Notes under the pieces: generated by a model
What the model was told of the DNA's origin: nothing
What the model saw: the letters and a program-made list of their open reading frames with translations, nothing else
Database searches by the model: none
Translations under genes and position numbers: made by a program
In this document: positions 1 to 12,300 of the stretch, in pieces
Position numbering within the stretch: position 1 is the stretch's first letter
How the letters are laid out: every line of letters starts with the position of its first letter
From: Octopus sinensis
Lineage: Eukaryota
DNA length: 64,000 bases
Direction: 5' to 3'
NCBI RefSeq assembly: GCF_006345805.1
Contig: NC_043018.1
Span: forward strand, 6,510,001-6,574,000

Positions 1-1
1 T

Positions 2-2788
2 TCGGTTGAAACGAAAGAAACATCTAAAAAAGGCTCTCGTTCGCGTAAAGGTACTCCTCAAAAATCTTCTGTAAAAGGCCCACGTAAAAAATCCACTTCG
101 AGGAAATCAACTCCAGTGAGAAAGGCAACCCCTACGAAAACGCGTACTCCGAGAAAGGGTACTCCATCTAGAGAAAGAAAGGCTACTCCCACAAGAAAGG
201 CCACCCCCACAAGGAAGGCCACCCCCACAAGAAAGGCCACACCCACAAGAAAGGCCACACCCACAAGGAAGGCCACACCCACAAGAAAGGCAAAGAAAGC
301 CACTCCGTCTAGGGAAGCAACTCCTGCCAGAAAATCCAGTACTCCTGTCAGAGAGGCTACTCCTGCTAGAAAATCTGCCACCCCACTTCGAGAAAGTTCT
401 CCTGCTACAAAATCTGCCTCTCCAGCTCGAGAAAGTACTCCTGCAAGAAAGGCCACTCCTTCTAGAGAAGCAACTCCTGCTAGAAAGGGTACTCCTGCTA
501 GAAAGACTACTGCTACTAGAAAGGGTACTCCTGCTAGAAAGGGTACTCCTACTAGAAAGGCCACACCTTCTCGAGAAACAAGCGTTTCGAGAAAATCGTC
601 TCCAAAGAAGGTGACCCCTTCTAGGGAGGTTACACCTGCGAGAAAGAGTACTACTAGGAAAGCAACACCTTCTAGGAGAGGATCTCCATCCAAAGCAGTC
701 AAAGAGAAGACATCACGACGGAAATCTAGTGGAAAGAAGTCACAGAAAACATCACGGTCTCGAAGCAAAACAAAGAGAGTCCACAAGCGTTCTTCTTCAA
801 AGAAAGCCGACAAGAAGAAAACAGTGCTGGCCACGCAGGAAAAAGAAGAATCCTTGTCTACTGTTGATGGGGCTGAGGAAAAAACAGCACCGCCCCCACA
901 AAAGACTGCCACCAGTAGCTCTTCTATGTCTACAATAATCACCGGTCTCTTTAAGCATTTCGTCCCAAGCCAGAAAAAGGCAAAAGTAGTTGAGTCCACC
1001 ACAAGCACGGATACCACCACCACAACAACAACAACAGTTGGTGGTTCCATGGCAGCTGAGTCTGAAGTTGATACAGGGGAAGAACTGAGAAGGAAGATAC
1101 CAGAGGCAAGAAAACACGCACTGATTTCTTCACCTCTGGATTCCAGCACACCTGATGTTCCCCAGGTTCCTAAAGCATCTTTCGTTAGTAGACTGAGAGA
1201 GACAGCTTCAAGCCTGTCCCCATTTGCCCTGAGCAGGTCGTTCGAGTATAAGCGTGCTGTTGTAGCATCAGCTAACAACAAGACTGTAGAGATTTCGGAG
1301 ACGATCACACATCCAGGAACGACTGCTGGCAAAGGATTTGATGAGGCTGACCAACCAATGTCAGCAGTTGAAATGACCGCCAATGAAGATACGGAGAGCT
1401 CCACTCCTGCAACAGTTGAAGAGGATGAAAGCGAGCAAAAGCAAGATGAAAAAGTTGTCGACACACGAGAAGTGCATTACGAGTCCCAGGAATCAGAAAT
1501 GGATGACGGGTCGATCATTGATAAGCTGGTTCATTATGAGTCCCAGCAGTCTGAGATAGAGGAGGTAGAAGCTGATAATCAGAAAAGTGTTCACTATGAG
1601 TCCCAGCATGACACTGAGGAAGAGTCCCAGGTTGAGACAGAAGATGACTCCCAGGCTGAGGTGGAGAATGAGGTGGAAGAAGAGTCACATGATGTGGTGG
1701 AGAAAAAGACACATGTTGAAGAAGAAGAAGTGTCACTTGATGTGGTAGGGAAAAAGATCCATGTTGAAGAAGAAGTGTCACTTGATGTGGTAAAGAAAAA
1801 GACCCATGTTGAAGAAGAAGAGGAGGAAGAAGAAGAAGAAGAGGAGGAGGAAGAGTCACATGATGTGGTGGAGAAAAAGACCTATGTTGAGGAACAAGAG
1901 TCCCAAGCTGAGACAGAAGAAGAGTCCCAGGTCGAGACAGAAGAAGAGTCGCAGGTTGAAACAGAAGAGTCACATGATGTGGTGGAGAAAAAGACCTATA
2001 TTGAGGAACAAGAGTCCCAGGGCGAGACAGAAGAGGAGTCCCAGGTCGAGACAGAAGAAGAGTCCCAGATTGAGACAGAGAATGACTCCCAAGTGGAGTC
2101 TCAGGTTGAGTCTGGGCAGGAGTCCCAAATTGAAACAGAAAATGAATCCCTGCTTGAGATGGAAAACAAGATAGATGATGGTGCTGCTGAAATATCCAAT
2201 ATCACTATGGATACAGAGGAGTTTGTTTCATCCAAAAGAAATGTAACCGTCCACTACGAGTCACAAGAGTCGGAATTGCTCACAGAGGAAGAAGACGATG
2301 GTTCCTGTGTAGTGAATGATGTCGAGGCCTCTGCTGCTATTGCTGATGGTGATAATGTGAAAAAAGTTGAAGAGTCAGATCTCACTGAAGAGGATGTAGA
2401 GAAAGGAAAAGAACATGGTGTTTGTGAATATGTCAAAGAACACCTTATCACAGTCAACAACAAAGGTGAAGAAGAAGAAGAGGAAGATGTAGGGGGAAGG
2501 GTATTGACTAGAAGACAAGCAGCAGCGGCGGCAGCTGCAGCAATGACAGGAACGTCGTTGAGGACAAAAAGAACAACAACGACGACGACAACGACAAGAA
2601 AATCAGTGCTGGGTAAGAGAGGAGCCGAGAAGCTGCTAGAAGCTACCGACTACGACTTGGAGCCGCCAAAGAAGATCTTCACCGAGGTGATGGACGAGGA
2701 TGAGGCGATGGCTGACAACGATGAGGAGGCGAAGGCCCTCTACGACTCATATTACTCTGGCTACGGATTACGCTGCACCATCCTCTGA
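2..2788 (+). CDS. 5'-truncated low-complexity protein (>=928 aa): basic TPxK/R repeat block, Glu-rich SQ block, C-terminal CaaX (CTIL)
   Basis: The frame of the 116..2788 ORF is open back to base 2 (SVETKETSKKGSRSRKGTPQK...), so the GTG at 116 is not the true start. The ORF is 2.8 kb with no stop. Its repeat units vary at synonymous positions. It ends ...YYSGYGLRCTIL* (2774-2788). Confidence 0.9.
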   Translation, partial: SVETKETSKKGSRSRKGTPQKSSVKGPRKKSTSRKSTPVRKATPTKTRTPRKGTPSRERKATPTRKATPTRKATPTRKATPTRKATPTRKATPTRKAKKATPSREATPARKSSTPVREATPARKSATPLRESSPATKSASPARESTPARKATPSREATPARKGTPARKTTATRKGTPARKGTPTRKATPSRETSVSRKSSPKKVTPSREVTPARKSTTRKATPSRRGSPSKAVKEKTSRRKSSGKKSQKTSRSRSKTKRVHKRSSSKKADKKKTVLATQEKEESLSTVDGAEEKTAPPPQKTATSSSSMSTIITGLFKHFVPSQKKAKVVESTTSTDTTTTTTTTVGGSMAAESEVDTGEELRRKIPEARKHALISSPLDSSTPDVPQVPKASFVSRLRETASSLSPFALSRSFEYKRAVVASANNKTVEISETITHPGTTAGKGFDEADQPMSAVEMTANEDTESSTPATVEEDESEQKQDEKVVDTREVHYESQESEMDDGSIIDKLVHYESQQSEIEEVEADNQKSVHYESQHDTEEESQVETEDDSQAEVENEVEEESHDVVEKKTHVEEEEVSLDVVGKKIHVEEEVSLDVVKKKTHVEEEEEEEEEEEEEEESHDVVEKKTYVEEQESQAETEEESQVETEEESQVETEESHDVVEKKTYIEEQESQGETEEESQVETEEESQIETENDSQVESQVESGQESQIETENESLLEMENKIDDGAAEISNITMDTEEFVSSKRNVTVHYESQESELLTEEEDDGSCVVNDVEASAAIADGDNVKKVEESDLTEEDVEKGKEHGVCEYVKEHLITVNNKGEEEEEEDVGGRVLTRRQAAAAAAAAMTGTSLRTKRTTTTTTTTRKSVLGKRGAEKLLEATDYDLEPPKKIFTEVMDEDEAMADNDEEAKALYDSYYSGYGLRCTIL

Positions 2789-3409
2789 GAACCCTGTTGC
2801 TCCCCTGCTGTTTTGCATCTCAGCTCCCCTAAAGACGCTGTTGGTAGAAACTGCCTTCCCCTCTCTCTCATCTGATGCCTTGTTCCTCAGAGGTACCAAT
2901 TTCCATAAAATTCATTTTTATCTTTTTGTCCCTCTCACTTGACAGACCCAAGGCAGCTGCTGCATCATAAAGCTTCCTCTCCCTTTTCTTTATTGTAATT
3001 AAAAATTTTTATTTTTAGATGCAAGTGCGTGCACACATATGTAGGGTTTAATTTGTCATCATTCCTTACCCTTTCTCCATGAAATGCCCTACGGCCACTA
3101 CCATCGTGCACACGCTACACAAGCACATACTCATATGCACACATGGCCCATGTATACAAATATGCACATGTGTGCATATACAAATATTCATAATTTGACA
3201 TGTTCATCGTGTGCTTGCTTGCATGGATGCACATATGCACTTAGGTGCACATACAAATATAGATATAGTTACACCAACATGCACACACATATACACGTTT
3301 GAATTAACATATACACCTATGGATACATTCATGCATATACAAGTTCTCATAGTTTGATACGTTTGTGAAAGCTCACTAACATGCATGCACATGTGCACAT
3401 ATGCACTCA

Positions 3410-4030
3410 TACAAATATAAATACAGCCACTCCTTAACATGTCCACACACACACACACACACATGCGTGTATTCTTTAAGATGTATACATACACATATGC
3501 ATGCATACACAAACATGGATACTTCAACATGGTCACGCCTCATCATGAACACACATACACACAAACATTAACACGTACATGTATGCCCACATGCATGCAC
3601 TAAAACACTCATACAATTATAAATAGTCACATCTCAACATGTGCACACATGTATGCATATACAAACATGTATACTTCAACATGGTCACACCTCAACATGA
3701 ACACACACACACACACATTCTTTAACACATACATGCATGTCCACATGCATGCTTGCTCGCATGCATGCACTTCAACACCCATACGATTATAAATACAGTC
3801 AAATCTCAGCATGTGCACACATGCATGCATATACAAACATGCATACTTCAACATGAACACACACATTCTTTAACACATACATGCATGCTTGCTCGCATAC
3901 AATTATGAATACAGTCACATCTCAACATGTACAAACATGCATACTCCAACATGGTCAAGCATATTTGCTCACATGCACGCACTTAAGCGCACATACGATT
4001 ATTATACAGTTACACCTCAACGTGTACGTA
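3410..4030. repeat. Degenerate ~130-bp minisatellite in CATG/CA-rich DNA
   Basis: Recurring AAATACAGTCACATCTCAACATGTGCACAC...TACTTCAACATGG units, about 4-5 copies. Confidence 0.7.
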
Positions 4031-4788
4031 CAGACACGATGTACTCAGCCACGTAAATACATGCATTTTTTTAGACACAGAAACATTATACACACAGCAA
4101 GCTGTGTGTATACTTCACTATACTCATTATTCCTTCCTCAATTTACATTGCAGCATCCTTTAACAATAAACATCCCTGAGTGATGAGGGAGTTTTGAGGC
4201 CCCTCACCCCCCAGCCAGCTTTAGGGTCTGCCTGTCTTTTTTTTGTTTTTTTTTCGCCCTCCACCTCTCTCTGCTCGCCTTCTCATATCTCCTCTTGAAA
4301 TGGTGCCTGCTGGCCATTTCGGCATTTCACACACGTGTGGATATCATCAGAATGCGCCAGAAAGACATTTTTATGAAAAAAACTTTTTTTTTTTTTTGGT
4401 GTTTCTTTCTTTTTCTTTTTTTTTCTCTCCCATTTTTGCGGGGAGGGAGGGGGGAAGGAAGTATCCTGGGCAACCGAAACAAAAACAAGGAACGGCTACG
4501 AGAAAGTTTTCATCATTGTTACCATTTATTCTCTTCCTTGCTGTTGTCATTACTAACACTACTACCACAACTACCACCAACCACCACCACTACTACTACT
4601 ACTACTGATGCCACCACTATCATTGACAACATTAACTACATTAATACCATTGACATGATCACTAAAGCAAATCATATATACACATATACTCACACATATA
4701 TGTATTTGTATATATGTGTATGTGTACATATATATATTTTTATATACGTGTGTGTGTGTACATATATGTATGTGAACATGTATACTTG

Positions 4789-4821
<33 letters not shown>

Positions 4822-4882
4822 ATGTGCACATGTGTATTTGCATATATGTGCACACACATACACATACATACATTCCTACATA

Positions 4883-6122
4883 TATGAGGTTGAGCCAAAA
4901 TGTTAATCTGTCTTTTTTTGAGGGAAAATTAGACGTAAATTTTAAGCGTTAAGCAATATATTTAATCAGTGATATAATTTCTTCTGCTCGTTTGTGGGCG
5001 AGTCCATTGTTTGCTGCTCAAAGAGTTTCCTGTCTTTACTGGTCAAGAACTCTACTTGGGTGAAGTTTTTTAGATCCATGTCAGAGATGGAAGTCTGTCC
5101 ATTCAGTAAATTTCAAAAAAACCGAAAAATGTGGAAATCTGAAGGTGCTAGGTTGGGCAAATATTGGCAAGTGTGAGAAAACTTCCAAGCCAAACCAGCC
5201 CTCAACGTCTGCAAAGAAGTGAGCCATCTGGCATTGTTGTGATGGAAGACAAATACCTTTATGATCAATAAATTCCGGATGCTTCTGGTGGATTGTTATG
5301 TTTAATTTGTGGCGCTGGTCACAGTACACATCTGAATTGATGGTCTGGTTTGTGGGAAGAAGATTGTAAAAGAGAACACCCATCCATTCCCACCAGATTG
5401 ACAGCATAACGTTCTTTTCAGTCAAGTACTGCTTGGAGGTTGTTTGTAGTTGTTCACCACACTTTTACTTCACGTTGTTCTACACGATCCATTTTTCCTC
5501 CCCGAATGCCATTCTCTTCAAAAACGGGATCGTTTATTTATGCATCTGCTACAAATCACTGATGGCCATTTGTTGGGCTCCATCCTCCTCATCCAATGGG
5601 TGTGGAACTCAAACATCAAGCCTGCAGACATAACCAAGTCAATGTAGATGGCTTTCAACACTTGATTTGAATATTTAGAGAATATCTGTGATGAACCTCG
5701 TCATAGAACAGGACTTGGTCTTGGGTAACTTCTTTGTTGCTGTTAATCTTAGTTGGCCAGCCAGAATGATTTGCATTTTCAATGGAAAAATTTCCCCATC
5801 AAAATCTTGCAAACCATTTCCATCACACAACATTCCATAACAGCATCCTCTCCTCTCTGTACACAGCACGTCTTCCTGAAGGTTCCCGTTGATTTTGCGC
5901 ATGACATATCGATCGTGTTTGCGTGCTTGAGATCAACCTGGAAATGGAGAACCAAAGCAAAATACAGTCTGTCCTGTCGCGAGTTCGTGTTGAACTATGT
6001 TAGTGTGTCGGGTATCTCTTGAGTGTGCATGCCCATAAGGAAAGGAAAGCAAACAGCGTTGGGTATATTAAACGAGTACACATGCGCAAAGGGAAAACAG
6101 CAAACGTTTGGCCAACCCTATA
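4883..6122 (-). mobile_element. Near full-length decayed mariner transposon (~1.24 kb)
   Basis: Minus-strand remnants read RLDV(W)VPH, NDPFLKRMAFGEEKWIV and KNVMLSIWWEWMGVLFYNLLPTNQTINSDVYC, with stops and frameshifts. Degenerate TIRs TA-TGAGGTTGAGCCAAAATGTT and TA-TAGGGTTGGCCAAACGTT. Confidence 0.9.
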
Positions 6123-6217
6123 TGTATATGTGTGTGTGTGTGTATATATATATATACACACACACACATATATATACATATACACATATATATATACATG
6201 TATACATACATACATAT

Positions 6218-6273
<56 letters not shown>

Positions 6274-6293
6274 TATATATATATATACATACA

Positions 6294-6557
6294 TATATTA
6301 GAAGAAATGAGGTAATCAGAAGATCGGATGGTTTATATTTACAGATATTTATTTATATATTACATTTTTTATATATATATCATATCACTTAGATCATTAG
6401 CGCTTTCACCCATTCTAGTGGGGTTTTCAAATCAAACTGAATGGGAGAAAGCGCTAATGATCTAAGTGATATATATATATAAAAAATGTAATATATAAAT
6501 AAATATCTGTAAATATAAACCATCCGATCTTCTTCTTACCTCATTTCTTCTAATATA
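6294..6557. repeat. Near-perfect fold-back, ~120-bp arms, ~23-bp spacer
   Basis: TATATTAGAAGAAATGAGGTAA...GCGCTTTCACCCATTC is mirrored by GAATGGGAGAAAGCGC...TTACCTCATTTCTTCTAATATA. Confidence 0.9.
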
Positions 6558-7275
6558 TTACACCTATACATCATGTCCAAACCTTCCAATACATACATAT
6601 ATATACATGCATATATGTAACACACACATTTGCATACGCATACATGTATGTATATATGTACGTCTGTATGAGTTTGAATATGTATATATACACATATACC
6701 CCTACGCATTAATACCAATCTTTCTGCTTTGGTTAAAGTTTTTGAATTTGAATTTTTTTTTTATTGCTTATTTTGTCGTCTAATCCATGTGTTCCTTCCA
6801 CTCGGTACTACTTTACCTCTACCACCACCACAACCACCACCGCATACTTACATATAAAATACAGTGTATCATTCGCTCTGCTGAACACTTGGGGGCATGC
6901 GCTCAATAATACACGAAGTACAGCAGCCAGGATGTCTCTGCCATTCTTGGGTAAGGGACGTAACTCTGCTTGACTTACGACAACCGCTTTGCTTCATGTC
7001 TGTTATTCACGAAGTTAGTGTGTGTGTGTATGTATATATATATATATATATATATATAAAAGTATGTATATATATATGTATGTATGTATATATACATATG
7101 TATATGTATGTATATACATATGTATATGTATGTATATACATATGTATGTATGTATATACATATGTATGTATGTATATACATATGTATGTGTATATATACA
7201 TATGTATGTATATACATACTCATAGACATATATGCGTATATATTGGCAGATACATATGTAAATAGGCTCACAGAA

Positions 7276-8109
7276 ACGAGGGGGTATCCAAAAGAAACTG
7301 GAATTTTGCAGTATTATTTTGTCCATATCGTTTTACGTGTTTACACTTTTATCACCTTCAAAGTACTCTCCATGTGAAGCAGTGCATTGGGTCCGGACGC
7401 GCTTTCCACTGTTCCAAGCCGTGCTGGAACCTTTGCGAAGTGATGTCTTTTTATGCTTTGGTAATTTTTTTTTTCTTACTTCACCTCTTCCACATCTACA
7501 AATTCCATAGCACCAGTTTTCATCACCAGTAATGACCTTCAAAAAAAAGGTCTGGATCAATTTCCAACTGTTGTTTCACATGGACTAGTTTTGATTTCCC
7601 ATGAGCAAGCAAGGCACAAATTTTGCTGCAACTTTTTTCATTTGCAATTCCTCACTGAAAATTCGTTGGCAGGAACTCTGGGATACACCAGTCATATCAA
7701 CGAGTTTGTCTATGGTTTGGTGATGTTCCTCCAAGATCTGTTTGTGAATTTTCATTCTTTTGGGAGGTTGACAGTCATCCTGAATGAGGTTGGTCTTCAA
7801 ATGGCAAATGACTATTCCTAAAGCCTGAAAACCACTCGTAAACTTTAAGCTGTTAGAGGCATGACAACTGTTTCGGCAGTCATTTTTTCCCAACAAGAAA
7901 CATAATTTCTTGGAAGCATGCTGTTCCTTCAATTCGGCCATCGCAGCAAAACAAAGACTCGCCCCATGACAATAGATCCCCGCCCTATGACCGGTCGGCA
8001 GACTGATGCCTGAGAATCACATAAAGTGGCTTCTAGTGGCAAAAGCCTGAACTACAACAGGCTTATACTAGAGAGAATGTTTCCAGTTACTCTTGGGTAC
8101 CTCCTCATA
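7276..8109 (-). mobile_element. Internally deleted mariner element (second family)
   Basis: Minus-strand peptides TIDKLVDMTGVSQSSCQRIFSEELQMKKVAAKFVP and KVITGDENWCYG. TIRs GAGGGGGTATCCAAAAGAAACTGGAA and GAGGAGGTACCCAAGAGTAACTGGAA. Confidence 0.9.
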
Positions 8110-8689
8110 TACAGCATACAATGAACCAGCTACTGCCATCCTTCTGTCTTACCATGTAGGCTAGCAAACAGCAGATAAGTGCCACATGAGTAGTTCAGTG
8201 AAACATACTTCTACTTAGAGCCAAGGTGAACTGTGCACAGTGTTACACCCGATTCTCCATTGATAACTAGAGCAATTGTATTCTGTACCCCATGGAAGCT
8301 ATTTACACCTGAATGGGGTTGACAGGGTACGAAACTCTAGTATCCCTTCATGTAGGTATTGTTACGAAATGTACCTTTATAACAGTACTTTCATACTCTC
8401 ATGGTACTTATATATGGTCACCAAATGCTGTGAGCAATCAGTGTTTCTGATAATAAACGTGGTCCTCCTGTATTTTGGGGATGTCACAAAATACAAATTT
8501 TGCTCCTTGAGGACGTAGTGTTTTGTGATGTGAACAGAAAGTCTGAGTTGGCTTTGGTGTGTGGACATGATACGGTTTGTTATCTTAATACTGATGGAAA
8601 ACTTTGTACCTGTGAAAGGGATACAGCTCTCATTTGGTTTTTCTTTCTTATATGATAGCACACATACACACACACGTTATATATATATA

Positions 8690-9090
8690 TATATATAATG
8701 CGTATATACATGCATAAATATATATATAATGCGTATATACATGCATATATGTGTATATACATGCATAGACATATATATATGATGCGTATATACATGCATA
8801 AATATATATATATATATATAATGCGTATATACATGCATAAATATATATATAATGCGTATATACATGCATATATGTGTATATACATGCATATATGTGTATA
8901 TACATGCATAGACATATATATATGATGCGTATATACATGCATAAATATATATATAATGCGTATATACATGCATAAATATATATATATATATATATAATGT
9001 GTGTATACATACATACATAAATATATATATACATATAATGTGTATATACATGCATAAATATATATATATATAATGTGTATTTACATGCAT
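8690..9090. repeat. ~30-bp AT-rich minisatellite
   Basis: Tandem ATAATGCGTATATACATGCATAAATATATAT-like units. Confidence 0.8.
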
Positions 9091-9287
9091 AAATACATAT
9101 ATATACATGATGTGTGTATATATATATGTGTGTGTGTGTGTGTGCATTTACGGATAAGTTATATTTTTTTTATTCAGAAACTTCATTGTTTGCATTTGTT
9201 TTTATTATTTAAAAATAATTTTTTTGCTTTCCACTTGGAGCTAGGAACTAAATATATACATTGATGTATGTGTGCATAATATATTTC

Positions 9288-9322
<35 letters not shown>

Positions 9323-9412
9323 TCAAACATATCTATATATATGCATGTGCATATGTATTCATGCATATACACACATACACATGAACATTTGTATGTATTA
9401 TATATATATATA

Positions 9413-9781
9413 CAACTTATAAATAAGGGCAAACGAAAAAAATTCTAATGCCAAATATGCAAAAAATTGGACATAATGTCCATAACCATATAATTTTTGT
9501 CCAGTACGCATGCTACTCGAAAAGGGTCAACAGAAATCTCTAAAAAATTCCATTGTTACCATATCGGACTGATTTCAGGGTTAGTTCAAAAAGAACCCTC
9601 CCTTCATGAGTGATACATATCGGTCCGATATGGTATTAATGGAATTTTTTAGACATTTCTGTCGACCTTTTTCGAGTAGCGTGCGTACTGGACAAAAATT
9701 TTATGGTAAATGGACATTAGGTCCAATTTTCGGAAATATTTGGCATTAGAATGTTTTTCGTTTGCCCTTATTTATAGGTTG
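9413..9781. repeat. Fold-back with ~160-bp arms and a hammerhead-like motif in the spacer
   Basis: CAACTTATAAATAAGGGCAAACG...CCATATCGGACTGAT is mirrored by ATCGGTCCGATATGG...CGTTTGCCCTATTTATAGGTTG. Confidence 0.9.
9562..9615 (-). ncRNA. Degenerate type-I hammerhead ribozyme motif
   Basis: Minus strand: TATCA-CTCATGA-AGGG(AGGGTTCTTTTTGAACTAA)CCCT-GAAA-TCAG-TC-CGATA. The core has one substitution (G5>C). Confidence 0.6.
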
Positions 9782-10234
9782 TTTATAATTTAACCTTTAA
9801 AGGTATTTTTAATATGCTGATAAAATTGATAAAATTTTTTTCGAAAAATGTTTATCCTACATTAAATATATATATATGTATGTATATGTATGAACATGTA
9901 CATGCACAAATGTTTAAAAGCAGACAAGTTCTTCACCTCATTCTTTTTATAACAACAAGACTAGGCGTTGTAGTGTTCATGTTTCTCACAGATTTATCAC
10001 CCAAATTCAAAACCTCTTATTAATAACATCGGCAACAGTAATAAAATATTTTATCCAATATTGCCATTTTGTCTTCTTTTTTTTTTTTTTATCTATTTAT
10101 GCATTTATTTTTATTTGTTGTTATTATCGTTATTCTCTTTGCTGTAATCATTCTTCCAGAACACATTCTGCCATTTTTACTGCTCCCGCCTCCTGCAATC
10201 TCTCCAGTCACTTAGAAATAACTGATGACAACAT

Positions 10235-10443
10235 ACTCTTTACTTGTTTCAGTCATGTGACTGTGGCCATGCTGGAGCACCACCTTTAGTCGATCAAATC
10301 GACCCCAGGACTTATTCTTTGTAAGCCCAGTACTTATTTTATCGGTCTCTTTTTTGCCGAACCGCTAAGTTACGGGGACATAAACACACAAGCATCAGTT
10401 GTCAAGCGATGTTGGGGGGACAAACACAGGCACACAAACACGC

Positions 10444-10488
<45 letters not shown>

Positions 10489-10656
10489 TACGACGGGCTT
10501 CTTTCAGTTTCCGTCTACCAAATCCACTCACAAGGCTTTGGTCGGCCCGAGGCTATAATAGAAGACACTTACCTAAGGTGCCACACAGTGGGACTGAACC
10601 CGGAACTATGTGATTCGTAAGCAAGCTACTTACCACACAGCCACTCCTACGCCTAT
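10235..10656 (-). mobile_element. tRNA-derived SINE, most abundant family in the window (~420 bp)
   Basis: Head GGCTGTGTGGTAAG...GTTCAGTCCCAC, tail ...GACTGAAACAAGTAAAAGAG. Related copies near 11436-11815(-), 12727-13035(+), 25215-25380(-), 25730-25960(-), 40555-40945(+), 42105-42560(+), 43935-44160(-), 44420-44590(-) and 52552-52930(+). Confidence 0.85.
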
Positions 10657-11199
10657 GCTTCATGTTCCAGCAAACCGAAAGAATATTCCTTTTGTCTTGC
10701 AAAATCTTCAGAATTTGATAGCATTTTCAAGTTGGGAGATGGCTGTTCAATCCAGATTAACAATAAGTCTTTGTAATTTGAGGACAATTTTTTATCAAGT
10801 ATTTCGGAATCGCTTTAGTGGATCACATCGATGCCAGTACTATGCTGGTAGTTTATCTTATCGATCTCCACTAAAAAAAAAACCGCTCTTTGCTTTGGTT
10901 GGATTTGAACTCAGGTATTTTGTATCAACCGATACTACCAATCTTCCAACCTAATAGCATGGCTTCCATTTATAGTTATGTCCCTTTATTGTCTCTAGGG
11001 GACGTAACTTAGCTCTGAAAAGGTCTCTTCAGAATGAAATAAATAAACTTGAAATTCTTAATTTACTTCGAGGTTAACAGTTTCAGCCAGAGACTGTGGC
11101 CATGTGGGGGCACCGCCTTTGGTGTGATTGGTTTTTATTTCATAGTCACTTACTGGAACTGTTCCTAGTGAAATAGTAGGATGGACAAAGCTGTTCTTT

Positions 11200-11420
11200 T
11201 ATGTTTCCTACCGCGATTGTCGCTTCATCTGGTACCGCAGATAAACACTTGTTCAAAGGTTTTTGAAAACATCCAAATCTATAACCCTCAAGGCTCTGAG
11301 GTTGTTTGGCAGAGAATGGAAAACGTTTTAGGCTCTTAGAACCTAAGCTGTTACAGTACTGTATCTCTACTCTAGAAGGAGGGGATGGGCTTTATCAACC
11401 ACCAAACTTGACGCCAAAGT
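11200..11420 (-). mobile_element. LINE (CR1/L2-like) ORF2 C-terminal fragment
   Basis: Minus-strand peptide FHSLPNNLRALRVIDLDVFKNL*...LSAVPDE matches the LFNSLP...FK..LD..L..VPDEP C-terminal pattern. Confidence 0.55.
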
Positions 11421-12179
11421 ACGAGGTGATGACTTTTACTTGTTTCAGTCATTTGACTGTGGCCATGCTGGAGCACCGCCTTTAGTCGAGCAAATCGACC
11501 CCAGGACTTACTCTTCGTAAGCCTAGTACTTATTCTATCAGCCTCTTTCGCCGAACTGCTAAGTTACAGAGACGTAGACACACTAACATCGGTTGTCAAG
11601 TGATGGTGGGAGGACAAACACAGACACACAAACACACATATATGTATATTTATACGATGGGCTTCTTTCAGTTTCCATCTACCAAATCCACTCACAAGGC
11701 TTTGGTCAGCCCAAGGTTATAGTAGAAGGCACTTGTCCGAGGTGCCATGCAGTGGAACTGAACCCGGAACCATGTTGGTAAGCATGCTACTTACCACACA
11801 GCCCCGCCTACACCTATAAGTCATAGGAATTAAAAAATTCTTGTTTAGAAAATTCAAGAAATATGAAATAAATGTTGTTTAATGGTGGAACACAAAGTTG
11901 ATTACTTATAAATGAACAGCATGTGGAATATTAAAAAAAAAAAGGTGGGGGAGAAAACACACCTCAGTAGCCTTTGGCGTTTTTTACCTGCCTGCCTGCC
12001 TCTTGTTTTTTTTTTTCATCTTATAATATTCGTTTCAGATTTTGATACGAAGTCAGCACGTTTGAGGAAAGGAATAAATGGATTTCACAAGTACCATACA
12101 TATATATATATATATACATTTATACATATATATACATGCACATATATAAACATACATATATATATATACATACATATAT

Positions 12180-12214
<35 letters not shown>

Positions 12215-12300
12215 AACACATATATATACACACATATACATATATATATATACACACATACACAAACACACACACACACATATATATATATATATTTAAA

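Noticed and set aside
58-1464. 468-aa minus-strand ORF
   Set aside because: Antisense shadow of the repeat-rich plus-strand CDS (GVAFLV mirrors ATPTRK). No independent coding signal.
8310-8350. GAAACTCTAGTATCCC, a possible hammerhead 3' half
   Set aside because: No recognisable CUGANGA core or stem II upstream.
11130-11330. Apparent minus-strand exon with a perfect GTAAGT donor
   Set aside because: The upstream sequence translates as a LINE ORF2 C-terminus, so the donor is probably incidental.
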